64,000 nucleotides of DNA, from the IMG/VR virus record IMGVR_UViG_3300008267_000055. One strand, given 5' to 3'. Under the pieces are notes generated by a model. It was given only the letters and a program-made list of their open reading frames with translations, did not search any database and was not told the origin of the DNA. The DNA comes from an uncultured virus (IMG/VR IMGVR_UViG_3300008267_000055) (lineage: Duplodnaviria > Heunggongvirae > Uroviricota > Caudoviricetes). This document shows positions 9,071 through 17,945 of the stretch, piece after piece. The translations under genes and the position numbers were made by a program. Each line of letters opens with the position of its first letter. Position 1 is the first letter of the stretch.

Positions 9071-10116
9071 TTATCTCCGACGTTCACCTCGGGAACCATA
9101 AGCAGAATGGTGGCGCCGTCATGGGCGGCGTCAACGCGCGGTTCATGCAGACGCTTCAGGTTCTGAAGCGGGTGCTTGATGACCATCCGCGCGAAGCCGT
9201 GGTGATCGCCGGGGATTTGTTCGATAAGTCGTCGCCTCCGCCCGCGCAGGTTGGTCAGGTAGCTGCCCTCCTACGCGGGCGTTCTACGCCCACGTACATC
9301 ATGATGGGCAACCACGATCACAACTCCAGCTTGGAGTACGACTTCGCCTTTAGTCCGCTCTGCGCCAACCCTTTGGTCGAGCTCGTGACTGAGGCGACGT
9401 ACATCAACGTGGAGAACCTGCGGGTGCTTCTGTGCCCGTACCCGGCTCACCTGCCGGACCAAGAGATCAACCGCGCAGACGCTGCGATCGCTCACGCGGG
9501 AATTTCAGATGGTAAAACGCCTGCGTACCTGCTTTCTGAAAAGACGCTCGACATCCACAAGCTGAACAACTGGCAGACGAAGCAGGCCGTGCCCTTCGTG
9601 TTCTCCGGTGACTGGCACACTCGGGTCTGCTGGATCGACGGCAAGCACGTTACTGAAGCTACCGTGTCGTCCAGGGTCACGGGTAACCGGACCATCCAGA
9701 TCGGAGCGCTTGCGCCCACTGGGTTCGATAATCAGGGCTTTGGGTACGGCAGCGTGTGGCTCTTCAAGAAGGACGCGCAGGGGCTCAAGGCTACCCTCAA
9801 GGTCGTGCCTGGGCCGCGCTTCCTTCGCACCGAGAGCCGTGGTGTGGCTGACGAGTTCATCGCGCAATGCGAGCTCAGCGGCTGCGAGCCTTTTGTAAAG
9901 TTCGACGGTGAGTACGGTGAGGCTGCTCCTTGCAGCAACTTTATTCAGAATCGTGCTAAGGTCACGAGCTCGAAAGTCACTGAAGCGGCTGTTCAGCTGC
10001 GAAGTGATCATCTTATTGATAAGGTCGTGTACGAGCAGGTTACCGCCAAGGTCCCTGCTGAGCTCCAGAAGGAAGTCATGGAACGGGTCCTTGGCTACCT
10101 CAAGGGGACTGTCTGA
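9064..10116 (+). CDS. Mre11/SbcD-like metallophosphoesterase nuclease
   Basis: SDVHLG, AGDLFD, GNHD, AHAG and SGDWH motifs; start placed at ATG 9064 overlapping the recA stop. Confidence 0.88.
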   Translation: MLIISDVHLGNHKQNGGAVMGGVNARFMQTLQVLKRVLDDHPREAVVIAGDLFDKSSPPPAQVGQVAALLRGRSTPTYIMMGNHDHNSSLEYDFAFSPLCANPLVELVTEATYINVENLRVLLCPYPAHLPDQEINRADAAIAHAGISDGKTPAYLLSEKTLDIHKLNNWQTKQAVPFVFSGDWHTRVCWIDGKHVTEATVSSRVTGNRTIQIGALAPTGFDNQGFGYGSVWLFKKDAQGLKATLKVVPGPRFLRTESRGVADEFIAQCELSGCEPFVKFDGEYGEAAPCSNFIQNRAKVTSSKVTEAAVQLRSDHLIDKVVYEQVTAKVPAELQKEVMERVLGYLKGTV

Positions 10117-10119
10117 GAG

Positions 10120-10410
10120 GTGTCTATGGATGATGCGAAGGCAAAGGTGATCGGTGAGGTCTCCAACGCGGTTTTGGCGTCTATGCGCGAGTATCTCTTC
10201 AGCGCTGGTGGCGAGGAAGAGAGCTTCGACCCCACGCTCATCCCGACCGGGATCGTTCACGGGCTCATGGTCATGCTCGCGACTGGAGCTTCTAACTTTG
10301 AGGCTTTCGAGTCGCTGCTGAAGGCCATGCGCGGGATGCTTTCGATGGAGCGCGAGGACGCGCGCCACTTCTTCACCCAGATCAACTCGGTTAAGGGGCC
10401 GCCCGCATGA
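10120..10410 (+). CDS. Hypothetical protein
   Basis: 96-aa ORF filling the operon gap, GAGG RBS, ATGA coupling to the next gene. Confidence 0.7.
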   Translation: MSMDDAKAKVIGEVSNAVLASMREYLFSAGGEEESFDPTLIPTGIVHGLMVMLATGASNFEAFESLLKAMRGMLSMEREDARHFFTQINSVKGPPA

Positions 10411-10922
10411 AGTACCTCGCCATCGATCTCGCCAAGGTCGGAACGACTGGCCTCGCCGCGTTCGACGGCGAGAAGCTTCTCTGGTCCGGTATCGTGAAGC
10501 AGGGGAAGAAAGGCCCGAACTTCAAGTGCACCTACTCCTCGCAAGGGGACGTCGAGTTCGACAACAGCAGCGCCCCCTCGTTCTGGTGCTTCTTGGGTCA
10601 GAACTTCCCGACCTTCGTCTACGAGGGTCTCTACCTCGGCAAGTCCGCCAAGACCGCTATGGTCTTGGCTGAGATGCGTGGGATGGTGAAGGGGTGGGTG
10701 ACCCACCTCTCCGTCAACCACCGCATCCTCGAGATCTCCGAGTGGCGCGAGGCGATCTGCAAGCACGTTGGCATCGCCAACTGGCCCCGTGACCGCGAGG
10801 AGGGGAAGAAGCTCAGCCTCCGCATCGCGGAGCAGATTCACGGCTTCGCCCCTTCGTGTGACGACGAGGCCGACGCGCTTCTGGTCGGCACTGCTTATCG
10901 CCTGGTGGGTGGTCTCCTGTGA
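10407..10922 (+). CDS. RuvC-like Holliday junction resolvase
   Basis: LAIDLA..TTGLA, YE, LAEMRG and DDEADALL acidic catalytic pattern. Confidence 0.82.
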   Translation: MKYLAIDLAKVGTTGLAAFDGEKLLWSGIVKQGKKGPNFKCTYSSQGDVEFDNSSAPSFWCFLGQNFPTFVYEGLYLGKSAKTAMVLAEMRGMVKGWVTHLSVNHRILEISEWREAICKHVGIANWPRDREEGKKLSLRIAEQIHGFAPSCDDEADALLVGTAYRLVGGLL

Positions 10923-12322
10923 TTAGAGTAAAGCCCTCTGAGATCTTGGTCGACGATGAGATCGCTGACTTCATTGCCAGCGCTGTCTGCAGCTACAAGA
11001 TGAAGGTGCCGACCGAGCGGGGGCGCTTTAAAGACGTCACCATGTCTGTTCGGAGTGGCCCCCGCATCCCGATTGGGATGCTGGACGCCATTCTCGAACA
11101 GGCTGGTTCGTACGACCTCGACGTTCTGGACGAGCGGGACTGGGATCCTATCGACCCAGACCTCATCTCCGGCTCGTACGGGGAAATAAATCTCTACCCT
11201 GACCAGCTGATGGCTATCCGGAAGCTGGTGCAGAAGCCCGTTGGGGTCATCAAAGCCTCTACTGGGTCGGGCAAGTCGATCCTCGCTAACGCCCTCGTCC
11301 TTAATCGAGACGTCCGGTGGATGGTTATCGTCCACCGCGAGAACCTGCTCGAAGACCTGAAGAAGACCTACCTCCGCATGGGAGGCAGGGACCCAGGCAC
11401 GATCAAGGCAGGCGTCTTTAATCCCAAGCGGGTCACGTTCGTCATGCAGACGACGCTTCGCTCGCACCTGCACGAAGACGACTACCGAGAGTTCTTGGAG
11501 AGCGTCGAAGGTATCGTCTGTGACGAGTGCCACTCGTCGGGCGGAGACGGCTACCGCCGCTGCTTGGAGGCTGCCACCAACGCCGTCTACCGCTATGGCC
11601 TCTCAGCCACCCCGTACAGCCGCTCTGACGGCTCTGGAAAGGTGGTTGAGGCGCTGCTCGGGCAGATGCTGTGCGAGGTCTCTACGGAGTCCCTGATGGA
11701 GCTGGAGCGCGTTGCTCGCTTCAAGGTGTACGCCGTCAAGTTCTACCACCCCGAGACCTCGAAGCGGACGGCCTTTTCGTACGCGCACCTTTACGACAAG
11801 GCTATTGGGGCCAACCCGCAGCGCGACCTTTTGCTGATCGACTGCGCCAGGGTGGCCGAGAAGCCTGCGATCCTCTTCTGCAAGACCATGGACCACGCGC
11901 TGTCGATGGCCCAGAAGCTGCGGAAGTTTGCTGGTTTCCACGTCAAAGAAGTCACCGGCAAGTCCAACGACTCGATGCGCGAGCAGGTCCAGAAAGACCT
12001 GAACTTGGGAAAGATCGATATTCTGGTAGCGACCAAAGTATTTTACGAAGGCGCTAACATGCCGTACACGGCCTCGGTCATTGATGCCGGCGGCGGGAAG
12101 TCCCATATCGAGACGATCCAGAAGGCTGGTCGTGGGGCTCGTCGCCCAGAAGGAAAAGAGTCCTGCGAGATCTGGACGATCTACGACGAGGGCTGGGAGA
12201 CTTTCACCAAGCACTCGCGCGCCCGGATCGACCACCTCAGGAAAGAAGGGCACGCCGTAAATATCTGCACGCTGAAGGACGGCGTGCTGGATATCGAGGC
12301 GACCCTTAATCCGAAAACGTGA
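10919..12322 (+). CDS. Superfamily 2 (UvsW/XPB-like) DNA helicase
   Basis: ASTGSGKS, DECH, GLSATP, ILVAT..FYEG, IQKAGRGAR. Confidence 0.92.
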   Translation: MIRVKPSEILVDDEIADFIASAVCSYKMKVPTERGRFKDVTMSVRSGPRIPIGMLDAILEQAGSYDLDVLDERDWDPIDPDLISGSYGEINLYPDQLMAIRKLVQKPVGVIKASTGSGKSILANALVLNRDVRWMVIVHRENLLEDLKKTYLRMGGRDPGTIKAGVFNPKRVTFVMQTTLRSHLHEDDYREFLESVEGIVCDECHSSGGDGYRRCLEAATNAVYRYGLSATPYSRSDGSGKVVEALLGQMLCEVSTESLMELERVARFKVYAVKFYHPETSKRTAFSYAHLYDKAIGANPQRDLLLIDCARVAEKPAILFCKTMDHALSMAQKLRKFAGFHVKEVTGKSNDSMREQVQKDLNLGKIDILVATKVFYEGANMPYTASVIDAGGGKSHIETIQKAGRGARRPEGKESCEIWTIYDEGWETFTKHSRARIDHLRKEGHAVNICTLKDGVLDIEATLNPKT

Positions 12323-12938
12323 GGCCTGGGCGGCGCTCGGGTATTTTTCCTTCTAGCCCGAGATAATCCGCCCAGCGCCGTACCGTCCGTGGTGAGACGT
12401 CGTAATCAGCCGCCACCACCTCTGCTGGCTCGCCGGTCAAAAATCGGCGGGCCATTTCTTTTCGCTGGTCCCAAGTCGTCTTCGACGCTGCCGTCGTATT
12501 GGCGATCGAGAGGTCCAGCATGTTGTCTTCGTGCGTCCCGATATAAAGGTGCTCGGGGCGGACGCAGGCCGGGGTGTCGCAGGTGTGGCAGGCGAAGCCC
12601 TCGAAGTCCTCAACGCCCAGCTTGAGGCGGAGGGCAACGCGGTGGGCTAGGGCGAGCTTTTCACCGTCGCGAATTACTCCGTAGCCCGCCTCATTTTTCG
12701 CACCTGCCCAGAGCCAGCAGGTCTCGGTCTTGGTGATGAGATTTTCCCAGCGTTCGCCGAGCGGGCTGGTAAAGCAGTCAAAGGAGCAGAACTCGCGGCC
12801 AGTAAGCCCGAGCTTTGTCCCTACCATTTCTTTACCGCATCTAGCGCAGGTCTTAATAAATTTAGTACGCTTACGTTTGTCCTTAGGCTTGAACGCTGCG
12901 GACCACCTAGGGAGCTTCTTTTCTTTGATTCGCTTCAT
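12306..12938 (-). CDS. Free-standing HNH homing-type endonuclease with N-terminal zinc finger and C-terminal HTH
   Basis: CWLWAGA..GYG, AHRVA, CHTCDTPACVRPEHL..GTHEDN; CARC..FCSFDC; VAADYDVSPRTVRRW; AGGAG RBS before ATG 12938. Confidence 0.9.
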   Translation of the reverse strand: MKRIKEKKLPRWSAAFKPKDKRKRTKFIKTCARCGKEMVGTKLGLTGREFCSFDCFTSPLGERWENLITKTETCWLWAGAKNEAGYGVIRDGEKLALAHRVALRLKLGVEDFEGFACHTCDTPACVRPEHLYIGTHEDNMLDLSIANTTAASKTTWDQRKEMARRFLTGEPAEVVAADYDVSPRTVRRWADYLGLEGKIPERRPGLTFSD

Positions 12939-13004
12939 GATCGCTCCTACCGCAACCACTTTACGGACAAAAACTTTGAACCTTAAGTAGGCCTAGGAGG
13001 TTTT

Positions 13005-13235
13005 ATGGGAAAGGACTTTGACTTTACGGAAGAGGAAGAGGACTTCGATTTTTCCGAAGACGAGGACCTCGACGACCTCGACGAGCTGGACGACGAAGAC
13101 CTCGACGAAGATGACTTCGACGACGAGGACTGTGAGGAAGACGGCGACGGCTTCGATGACGACGCCCTCGAAGACGAGGACGAGGACGAGGACGAGGACG
13201 AAGATGACGACGTCTTCGAAGACGTCGACCCTTAA
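13005..13235 (+). CDS. Hyper-acidic 76-aa protein
   Basis: AGGAGG RBS 4 nt before the ATG; 52 of 76 residues are D/E. Confidence 0.75.
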   Translation: MGKDFDFTEEEEDFDFSEDEDLDDLDELDDEDLDEDDFDDEDCEEDGDGFDDDALEDEDEDEDEDEDDDVFEDVDP

Positions 13236-13522
13236 TCCTTGGCGATAAAGTAGCCGCCGGCGAGTCCCGCAAGGAGCGCCACGCTACCGACCAACCACCA
13301 AGCAGGCGTTCTAGCCTGCTCAATCGCCTTGACAGCCGCCTCGCGCTCCGCCGCGAGTGCGGCTTCGTAAGCCTGCACCGCAGCGGCGTGCTCGCGGCCC
13401 TTGATATCAAGGACCACGCGCATGATCTTGAGGTCAGACTCAAGCTTCGCCGGGTCCGCGCACTCAGAGCGTGCCTCGGACGAAGTCAGAGCAACGATGA
13501 GTAGCGCGGCGACGAATTTCAC
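13232..13522 (-). CDS. Signal peptide + coiled coil + C-terminal TM protein (spanin-like candidate)
   Basis: MKFVAALLIVAL leader, helical middle, WWLVGSVALLAGLAGGYFI TM; last gene of the lysis cluster. Confidence 0.55.
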   Translation of the reverse strand: MKFVAALLIVALTSSEARSECADPAKLESDLKIMRVVLDIKGREHAAAVQAYEAALAAEREAAVKAIEQARTPAWWLVGSVALLAGLAGGYFIAKD

Positions 13523-13845
13523 ATGGCCCCCTTGGCAGGCTTGCGACGTGGCTTGGCGGGAGCCTTTGCAGGCTCGGGCTGGACGGGCGTCTCGACCTTG
13601 GCGAGCGTCAAATCCTTGACCTTACGAGCCTGGCGCTTGGCCTTGGGCTCCTCGGCAGGCTTGGTCGCGGCAGCGATCGAATCGGCGGCTGCCTTAGCGA
13701 TCGTCTCAAGCGACTGGGACAGCGCCTGATGGCGCTCGTTCGACTCCCGCTTGAAGGAGTCGGACGCCTTCTTGTTGTGAAGGGACAGAAAAAAGGCCAG
13801 CGCGCTAGCGGCGCTGCTCAGGATATTAAGAAGTTCGTCGCTCAT
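13519..13845 (-). CDS. N-terminal membrane-anchored protein with basic tail (lysis cluster)
   Basis: Hydrophobic N-terminus, helical segment, Lys/Pro/Ala-rich tail; translational coupling on both sides. Confidence 0.6.
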   Translation of the reverse strand: MSDELLNILSSAASALAFFLSLHNKKASDSFKRESNERHQALSQSLETIAKAAADSIAAATKPAEEPKAKRQARKVKDLTLAKVETPVQPEPAKAPAKPRRKPAKGAM

Positions 13846-14168
13846 GCTTCCTCGTCGTTTCCGTAGCCCGGCTGCCGGTCATCGGCGAACCTATCGGAAA
13901 CCTTAGCGAGTAGCTTTCGCACGATTTCTACAGTAGAGGCAAGCATCACGTCGCCGAGCTCTACAGCAGCCATACCCATAATGAGGCCAACGGCCCAAGT
14001 ATGCTGGTCACTCTGGTCCGCAACGAGGGCGCCAAGAGCGCCGGCGCAAACAAGCGCCCCGATATAGAAGTAGAGCTCGCGCCCGCCCTTCTTGGCGATA
14101 TTACGAATCGCCACCGAGGCGAGGCCGATACCGAGCAGGATTACCAGCGCGTAGGTGGTGTCGCTCAT
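13842..14168 (-). CDS. Putative holin (about 3 TM segments)
   Basis: Three hydrophobic stretches and a charged C-terminus, downstream of the endolysin. Confidence 0.6.
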   Translation of the reverse strand: MSDTTYALVILLGIGLASVAIRNIAKKGGRELYFYIGALVCAGALGALVADQSDQHTWAVGLIMGMAAVELGDVMLASTVEIVRKLLAKVSDRFADDRQPGYGNDEEA

Positions 14169-14533
14169 TTTACCACCCCACCGTGGTGCTCAACACCCAT
14201 CTTGTCGGCCATGGCGCGGAGGTAACCCTTGATCTCGCTCATGTCCTTGGTGTTGCCACGCATCTCGACCTCAAGGCCGGCCACGCGTGTTTCCAAAAGC
14301 TGGACCTTGTCCGGAATGACCGAAACGATCTTGAGGATCTGGTCACCCTGCGCACCCAAGTGCTCCTCGATCTTCTCGACCCTACCTTCGAGGGCGGAGA
14401 CTCGGGGCTCAAGCAGATTAGCGCCGCGAATTTCGCCGGCCACAAAAGTCCCGAAGCCGGCTGTGGCGATGACCGCTGAGAAGGCGATCTTTCCCCACGT
14501 CATCCAGCTCTTGAGCTTGTTGATCAGGTCCAT
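14165..14533 (-). CDS. Single-TM coiled-coil protein (lysis cluster)
   Basis: N-terminal TM followed by heptad repeats RVSALEGRVEKIE / LLETRVAGLE. Confidence 0.65.
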   Translation of the reverse strand: MDLINKLKSWMTWGKIAFSAVIATAGFGTFVAGEIRGANLLEPRVSALEGRVEKIEEHLGAQGDQILKIVSVIPDKVQLLETRVAGLEVEMRGNTKDMSEIKGYLRAMADKMGVEHHGGVVK

Positions 14534-15264
14534 CAGGGCACCTCGGTTTGCTTTTGCATGGAGCTCGCGGACTTGACGGTCAGGTCGTAGGCCTGGACCG
14601 GGGCGAGGCCCGCGTGACGGAGATACGTGTAGTGATCAACCACACGACCGTCGGCATGGGCCCACTGTGCATGGCATTTAATGCCGGGTCCATCATGATT
14701 GGACAACGTGGTCCAGTTATAGACCTTCTTGCCCGTGAGCGTTTTTGTGACGCCACTCCAGCTTGCTTGCTCAATATTTCTATAGCGAGGAAGCAGAGAA
14801 TTAAGAAGCTGCCAGCTCGACTCAAGCTGCTGAGGTGTAGGCATGATGTACCTGCGATCTGCATTCAAGAATTTAGAATCAGTCGCGCTCCACGCCCGGT
14901 CGACGAAGATCCCGGAGATGATAACGGGGGCAAATTCTCCCGAGTAGAGCTTCAGATTGGTGGTCTGATTAACTCGGTGACCGTAGTACCGATTAATAAG
15001 CTCAATACCGATCGAGCGAATATTGTGCTTGGTACCGGGCGGATTCCCACCGGCGTGCGCACAAGCGCGGTGTTCCTCGGCGTGCTGGGTAACGGAGCCG
15101 TCGCGGTCGACGCAGTAATGAACGCTGAGGCCCTTGGCCGAGAGCGCCTTCAGCGTGCCGTCAAGCGTGGCGACCGCCGACTCGTGGAAAATGATACGGT
15201 CGATGACCTGTGTACGCTCGCGCGGTGACCCTGCGAACCAGACTTGATGCTTAACGGGCTTCAT
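14533..15264 (-). CDS. Endolysin, N-acetylmuramoyl-L-alanine amidase (Amidase_2-type)
   Basis: IIFHES, SVHYCVDRDG, AHAG..N..SIGIELIN, late CH...D zinc ligands; GGAGG RBS. Confidence 0.9.
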   Translation of the reverse strand: MKPVKHQVWFAGSPRERTQVIDRIIFHESAVATLDGTLKALSAKGLSVHYCVDRDGSVTQHAEEHRACAHAGGNPPGTKHNIRSIGIELINRYYGHRVNQTTNLKLYSGEFAPVIISGIFVDRAWSATDSKFLNADRRYIMPTPQQLESSWQLLNSLLPRYRNIEQASWSGVTKTLTGKKVYNWTTLSNHDGPGIKCHAQWAHADGRVVDHYTYLRHAGLAPVQAYDLTVKSASSMQKQTEVP

Positions 15265-15283
15265 GTAGACCTCCGTAGATAAG

Positions 15284-15318
15284 GAAAAGCCCCGTGAGGA
15301 TAAACCTCACAGGGCTTG
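15284..15318 (-). terminator. Rho-independent terminator
   Basis: Minus strand aagccctgtgagg-ttta-tcctcacggggc-TTTT, a stem followed by a U-tract after the 15347..15826 gene. Confidence 0.75.
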
Positions 15319-15346
15319 AGAACAACCCGCAGGCTAGGCCTACGAA

Positions 15347-15826
15347 TTACGCGCGGCGGACGCGCGGCGCCGTGGTTGGATTGCGGAGCTCGAAGGTACC
15401 CGAGCTGACGACCTGGTTGGCCGACAGGTCGAAGTAGTAGAGCAGCGGGTTGGCCGAGTCAGCGCCGCCCTTGTCCACGAAGAGGATCGCGTGGCCCGTG
15501 GTGAACGTGGCATCGCCGCCGTTGCCCGGGCCCCAAATGGCGTTGGTGGTCAGCGCGAAGTTGAGGTCGCAACCCTCGAGGCCAGCCTCGCTGTTGTACG
15601 AGAGGGTGACCGGGATGGTCTTGCGGGCGTAGTTGATGACGCCGCCAACGCCGTCGACAAGCTCACCCGAGAGGTTCGAAACGAACTCGTCGGTGACGTC
15701 GAAGGGGTACGTGGCGTAGTCGCCGAGCAGAAGAAGCTTGACGGTGTCAGAGCCAGCGCCGCCCGACAGGTCGAGCTCGCCAGAGAGGACCTTCTCAAAA
15801 ACCTTGGGGTAGAACGAAGAGGCCAT
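15347..15826 (-). CDS. Putative virion structural protein (paralog of 18060..18473)
   Basis: YP....l.G.l....tvKl.Ll...Y......E...Y pattern seen in phage minor tail proteins; AGGAG RBS. Confidence 0.65.
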   Translation of the reverse strand: MASSFYPKVFEKVLSGELDLSGGAGSDTVKLLLLGDYATYPFDVTDEFVSNLSGELVDGVGGVINYARKTIPVTLSYNSEAGLEGCDLNFALTTNAIWGPGNGGDATFTTGHAILFVDKGGADSANPLLYYFDLSANQVVSSGTFELRNPTTAPRVRRA

Positions 15827-15944
15827 GTGGAAACTCCTAGCAATGGGCCGCAGCCCGGTTGTGAATCAGGCTGCCCGCCTGCGGGGTTGTTGTCGACACG
15901 ATGCTAGAACAAGGCGTGTCGCGTATAGCTGTTGCGCCCAATAG

Positions 15945-17945
15945 TTAGGCAGCACCAAGTTCGAGTACCGAGTTGGTGTTAAAGGTCAGCCCACCACCGT
16001 AGCGGGCTGTTCCCGTGCCGGTGCCCGAGGCACCCGCGCGCAGCGTACCGTTAACGGTGACGTTGCCTGTGCCCGTGACTCGGCGCGGTGTCGCCACCGA
16101 GGTGACCAGTTCAAGCACGGCGCCCGTGGCGACGGAGATGGTGCCCGTGTTCGTGTTGTCGTGGCTCATCGCCTCAAGACGGAGGCTGCCCTGCTCCACC
16201 GTGGTGGGGCCTGTGTGACTCAGGACCCCGGACAGGGCCCAGTACCCGGTGCCATTCTTGACCAACCCCAGCGTCGCGCTATTCGTGCCAACTTCAGTAA
16301 CCGGGCCGGAAATGGTGTTGGCGTTGGTGTTCGTGCCAGCAAGCGTGAGGGTCATCCGAGCTGACGCAGTCGCCCCGCTGTTAGTGCGCTGAACGCCCCC
16401 AGTCAGGACGATGGCGTCAGTCCCAGACGACGCAAGAGTGTACACCCCCGCCGTCAAGACCGACGTTTGAGCGTTGTTCTCTGAGTCAATGATGACGTCT
16501 GTGTTTCTCGTCTCGCCTGCGCCGGCATAAGTGATTGAAGCCGTCAGAGAAAAGCCGGTGGCAAATGCAGCGCTGCCCAGCCAAAACTGCTGAGGCAAGT
16601 GATGAGTGACGAGCTTGCCGATCGGGTTTGACGAGTTTGAAAAGGCGATCGCCTGAAGCGAGCCGGCGAACCCTTGAATACTCCCGGGCCCTGACTCCGG
16701 AAAGGTGACTCCTGACCCTGCAAAGTTGCCCTGAATGACGATACCGCCAACCCCGGTAGGGCTGACTGGGAAGTTAAAGTCAGTTGACGTATCCCGGTAA
16801 AAGAACCGTGAGGTCGCGCTGGCAACGTTGAGCGCTGTCGGCTCATATCGGGCGTTCGCGGCAACCGCCAAGAGTCCAGAATTGATTGTGCAAGGCCCAG
16901 AAAGGCCTGATGAGTTACCAGTAAGGAACAGGCCGCGACTCTTTCCAAGAGTCGCCGAGGTCGTAATCCCACCAGTGCCGGACACGGTCCCAGACATCGA
17001 GACGGAGTTGCTTTGGATAGTTAGTGACCTGGCGTCACCAAGTGCAACCGAGCCGTTAAAAAACTGGCTGCCGCCCCCGCCAAAAAGCGTCACGTTTGTG
17101 TTGAAAGTCGTGCTTCCAGTAATCGTGAGCGCAGAACCTGTGTTGGTAAAAGTGAGCGGGCTTGCGCTTGTAAAGTCGACGGGGCCGTTGAAGGTGAACG
17201 ACCCTGAAGCAAGCGTGATCGTAGTGTTGCCTTTAAAGCTACACCCACCGCTAAAGGTGACCCCGGTGCTGCTCGCGTTGCTGATCGTCAACGTTCCGGA
17301 AACAGGCTCAAACGTGCATGGCTGAGTAAAGTTGACCGTCTTGAGGGAGGCAGCCGAGTTCTGAATCGTCGTGCTTCGCCTGAACCTAACCGGCGCGGAG
17401 ACGCTAGTTGTTGAGGTAGCGGTATCAAATATCAGGTTGGCCGTGGGTGCTATTGTCCCGTGGCCCATCTCAAGCGTGCCGCCGAAACCCTGAAACATGC
17501 CAAACGGACCATCTCGCACCACGATCAAAGCCAGCTGAGAGGCCACGCTCGGCGCATTGAGCACGACCCAGCCCAAGCCTATCTTGGTCATGGTGCGCCC
17601 TGCTCCGTTAAGGCGCGGGCTCCATCTGTGAGGTGTAGCCGAGACGACTGCGCCGGGCAGGTCAAACGTAAAGTCGTTTGCGACTACGATTGATTCACTG
17701 CCAGCTCCGATGATCCAAGGATGGCTAGACGTCGGGAAGTCGTCGATGCGAAGGTACACCGGCATCGTAGAGACGTCATTGCCGATCCCGGTGATTGAGC
17801 CTTGTGAGGTAATCTCTCGGCGGATGTACCCAAAGTCGCCAGTGCCAGGGGGCGAGAACCCGCCGACCCCACCGTCAACCTGAGACCAGTTAGCCGTTGA
17901 AGTCCAAACGCCACCGCTTGCGAGTCTCCAATACCGGGTTGCCAT
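15945..17945 (-). CDS. Beta-helical adhesin-like protein with autotransporter-associated (PATR) repeats, no secretion signal or beta-barrel
   Basis: LVKNGTGYWALSGVLSHTGPTTVEQGSLRL, MTKIGLGWVVLN; Gly/Thr/Ser-rich; N-terminal RYW...W...NW motif. Confidence 0.8.
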   Translation of the reverse strand: MATRYWRLASGGVWTSTANWSQVDGGVGGFSPPGTGDFGYIRREITSQGSITGIGNDVSTMPVYLRIDDFPTSSHPWIIGAGSESIVVANDFTFDLPGAVVSATPHRWSPRLNGAGRTMTKIGLGWVVLNAPSVASQLALIVVRDGPFGMFQGFGGTLEMGHGTIAPTANLIFDTATSTTSVSAPVRFRRSTTIQNSAASLKTVNFTQPCTFEPVSGTLTISNASSTGVTFSGGCSFKGNTTITLASGSFTFNGPVDFTSASPLTFTNTGSALTITGSTTFNTNVTLFGGGGSQFFNGSVALGDARSLTIQSNSVSMSGTVSGTGGITTSATLGKSRGLFLTGNSSGLSGPCTINSGLLAVAANARYEPTALNVASATSRFFYRDTSTDFNFPVSPTGVGGIVIQGNFAGSGVTFPESGPGSIQGFAGSLQAIAFSNSSNPIGKLVTHHLPQQFWLGSAAFATGFSLTASITYAGAGETRNTDVIIDSENNAQTSVLTAGVYTLASSGTDAIVLTGGVQRTNSGATASARMTLTLAGTNTNANTISGPVTEVGTNSATLGLVKNGTGYWALSGVLSHTGPTTVEQGSLRLEAMSHDNTNTGTISVATGAVLELVTSVATPRRVTGTGNVTVNGTLRAGASGTGTGTARYGGGLTFNTNSVLELGAA

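Noticed and set aside
13040..13230. GACGAG-type repeats as CRISPR or satellite
   Set aside because: Explained by Asp/Glu codons; no repeat-spacer structure
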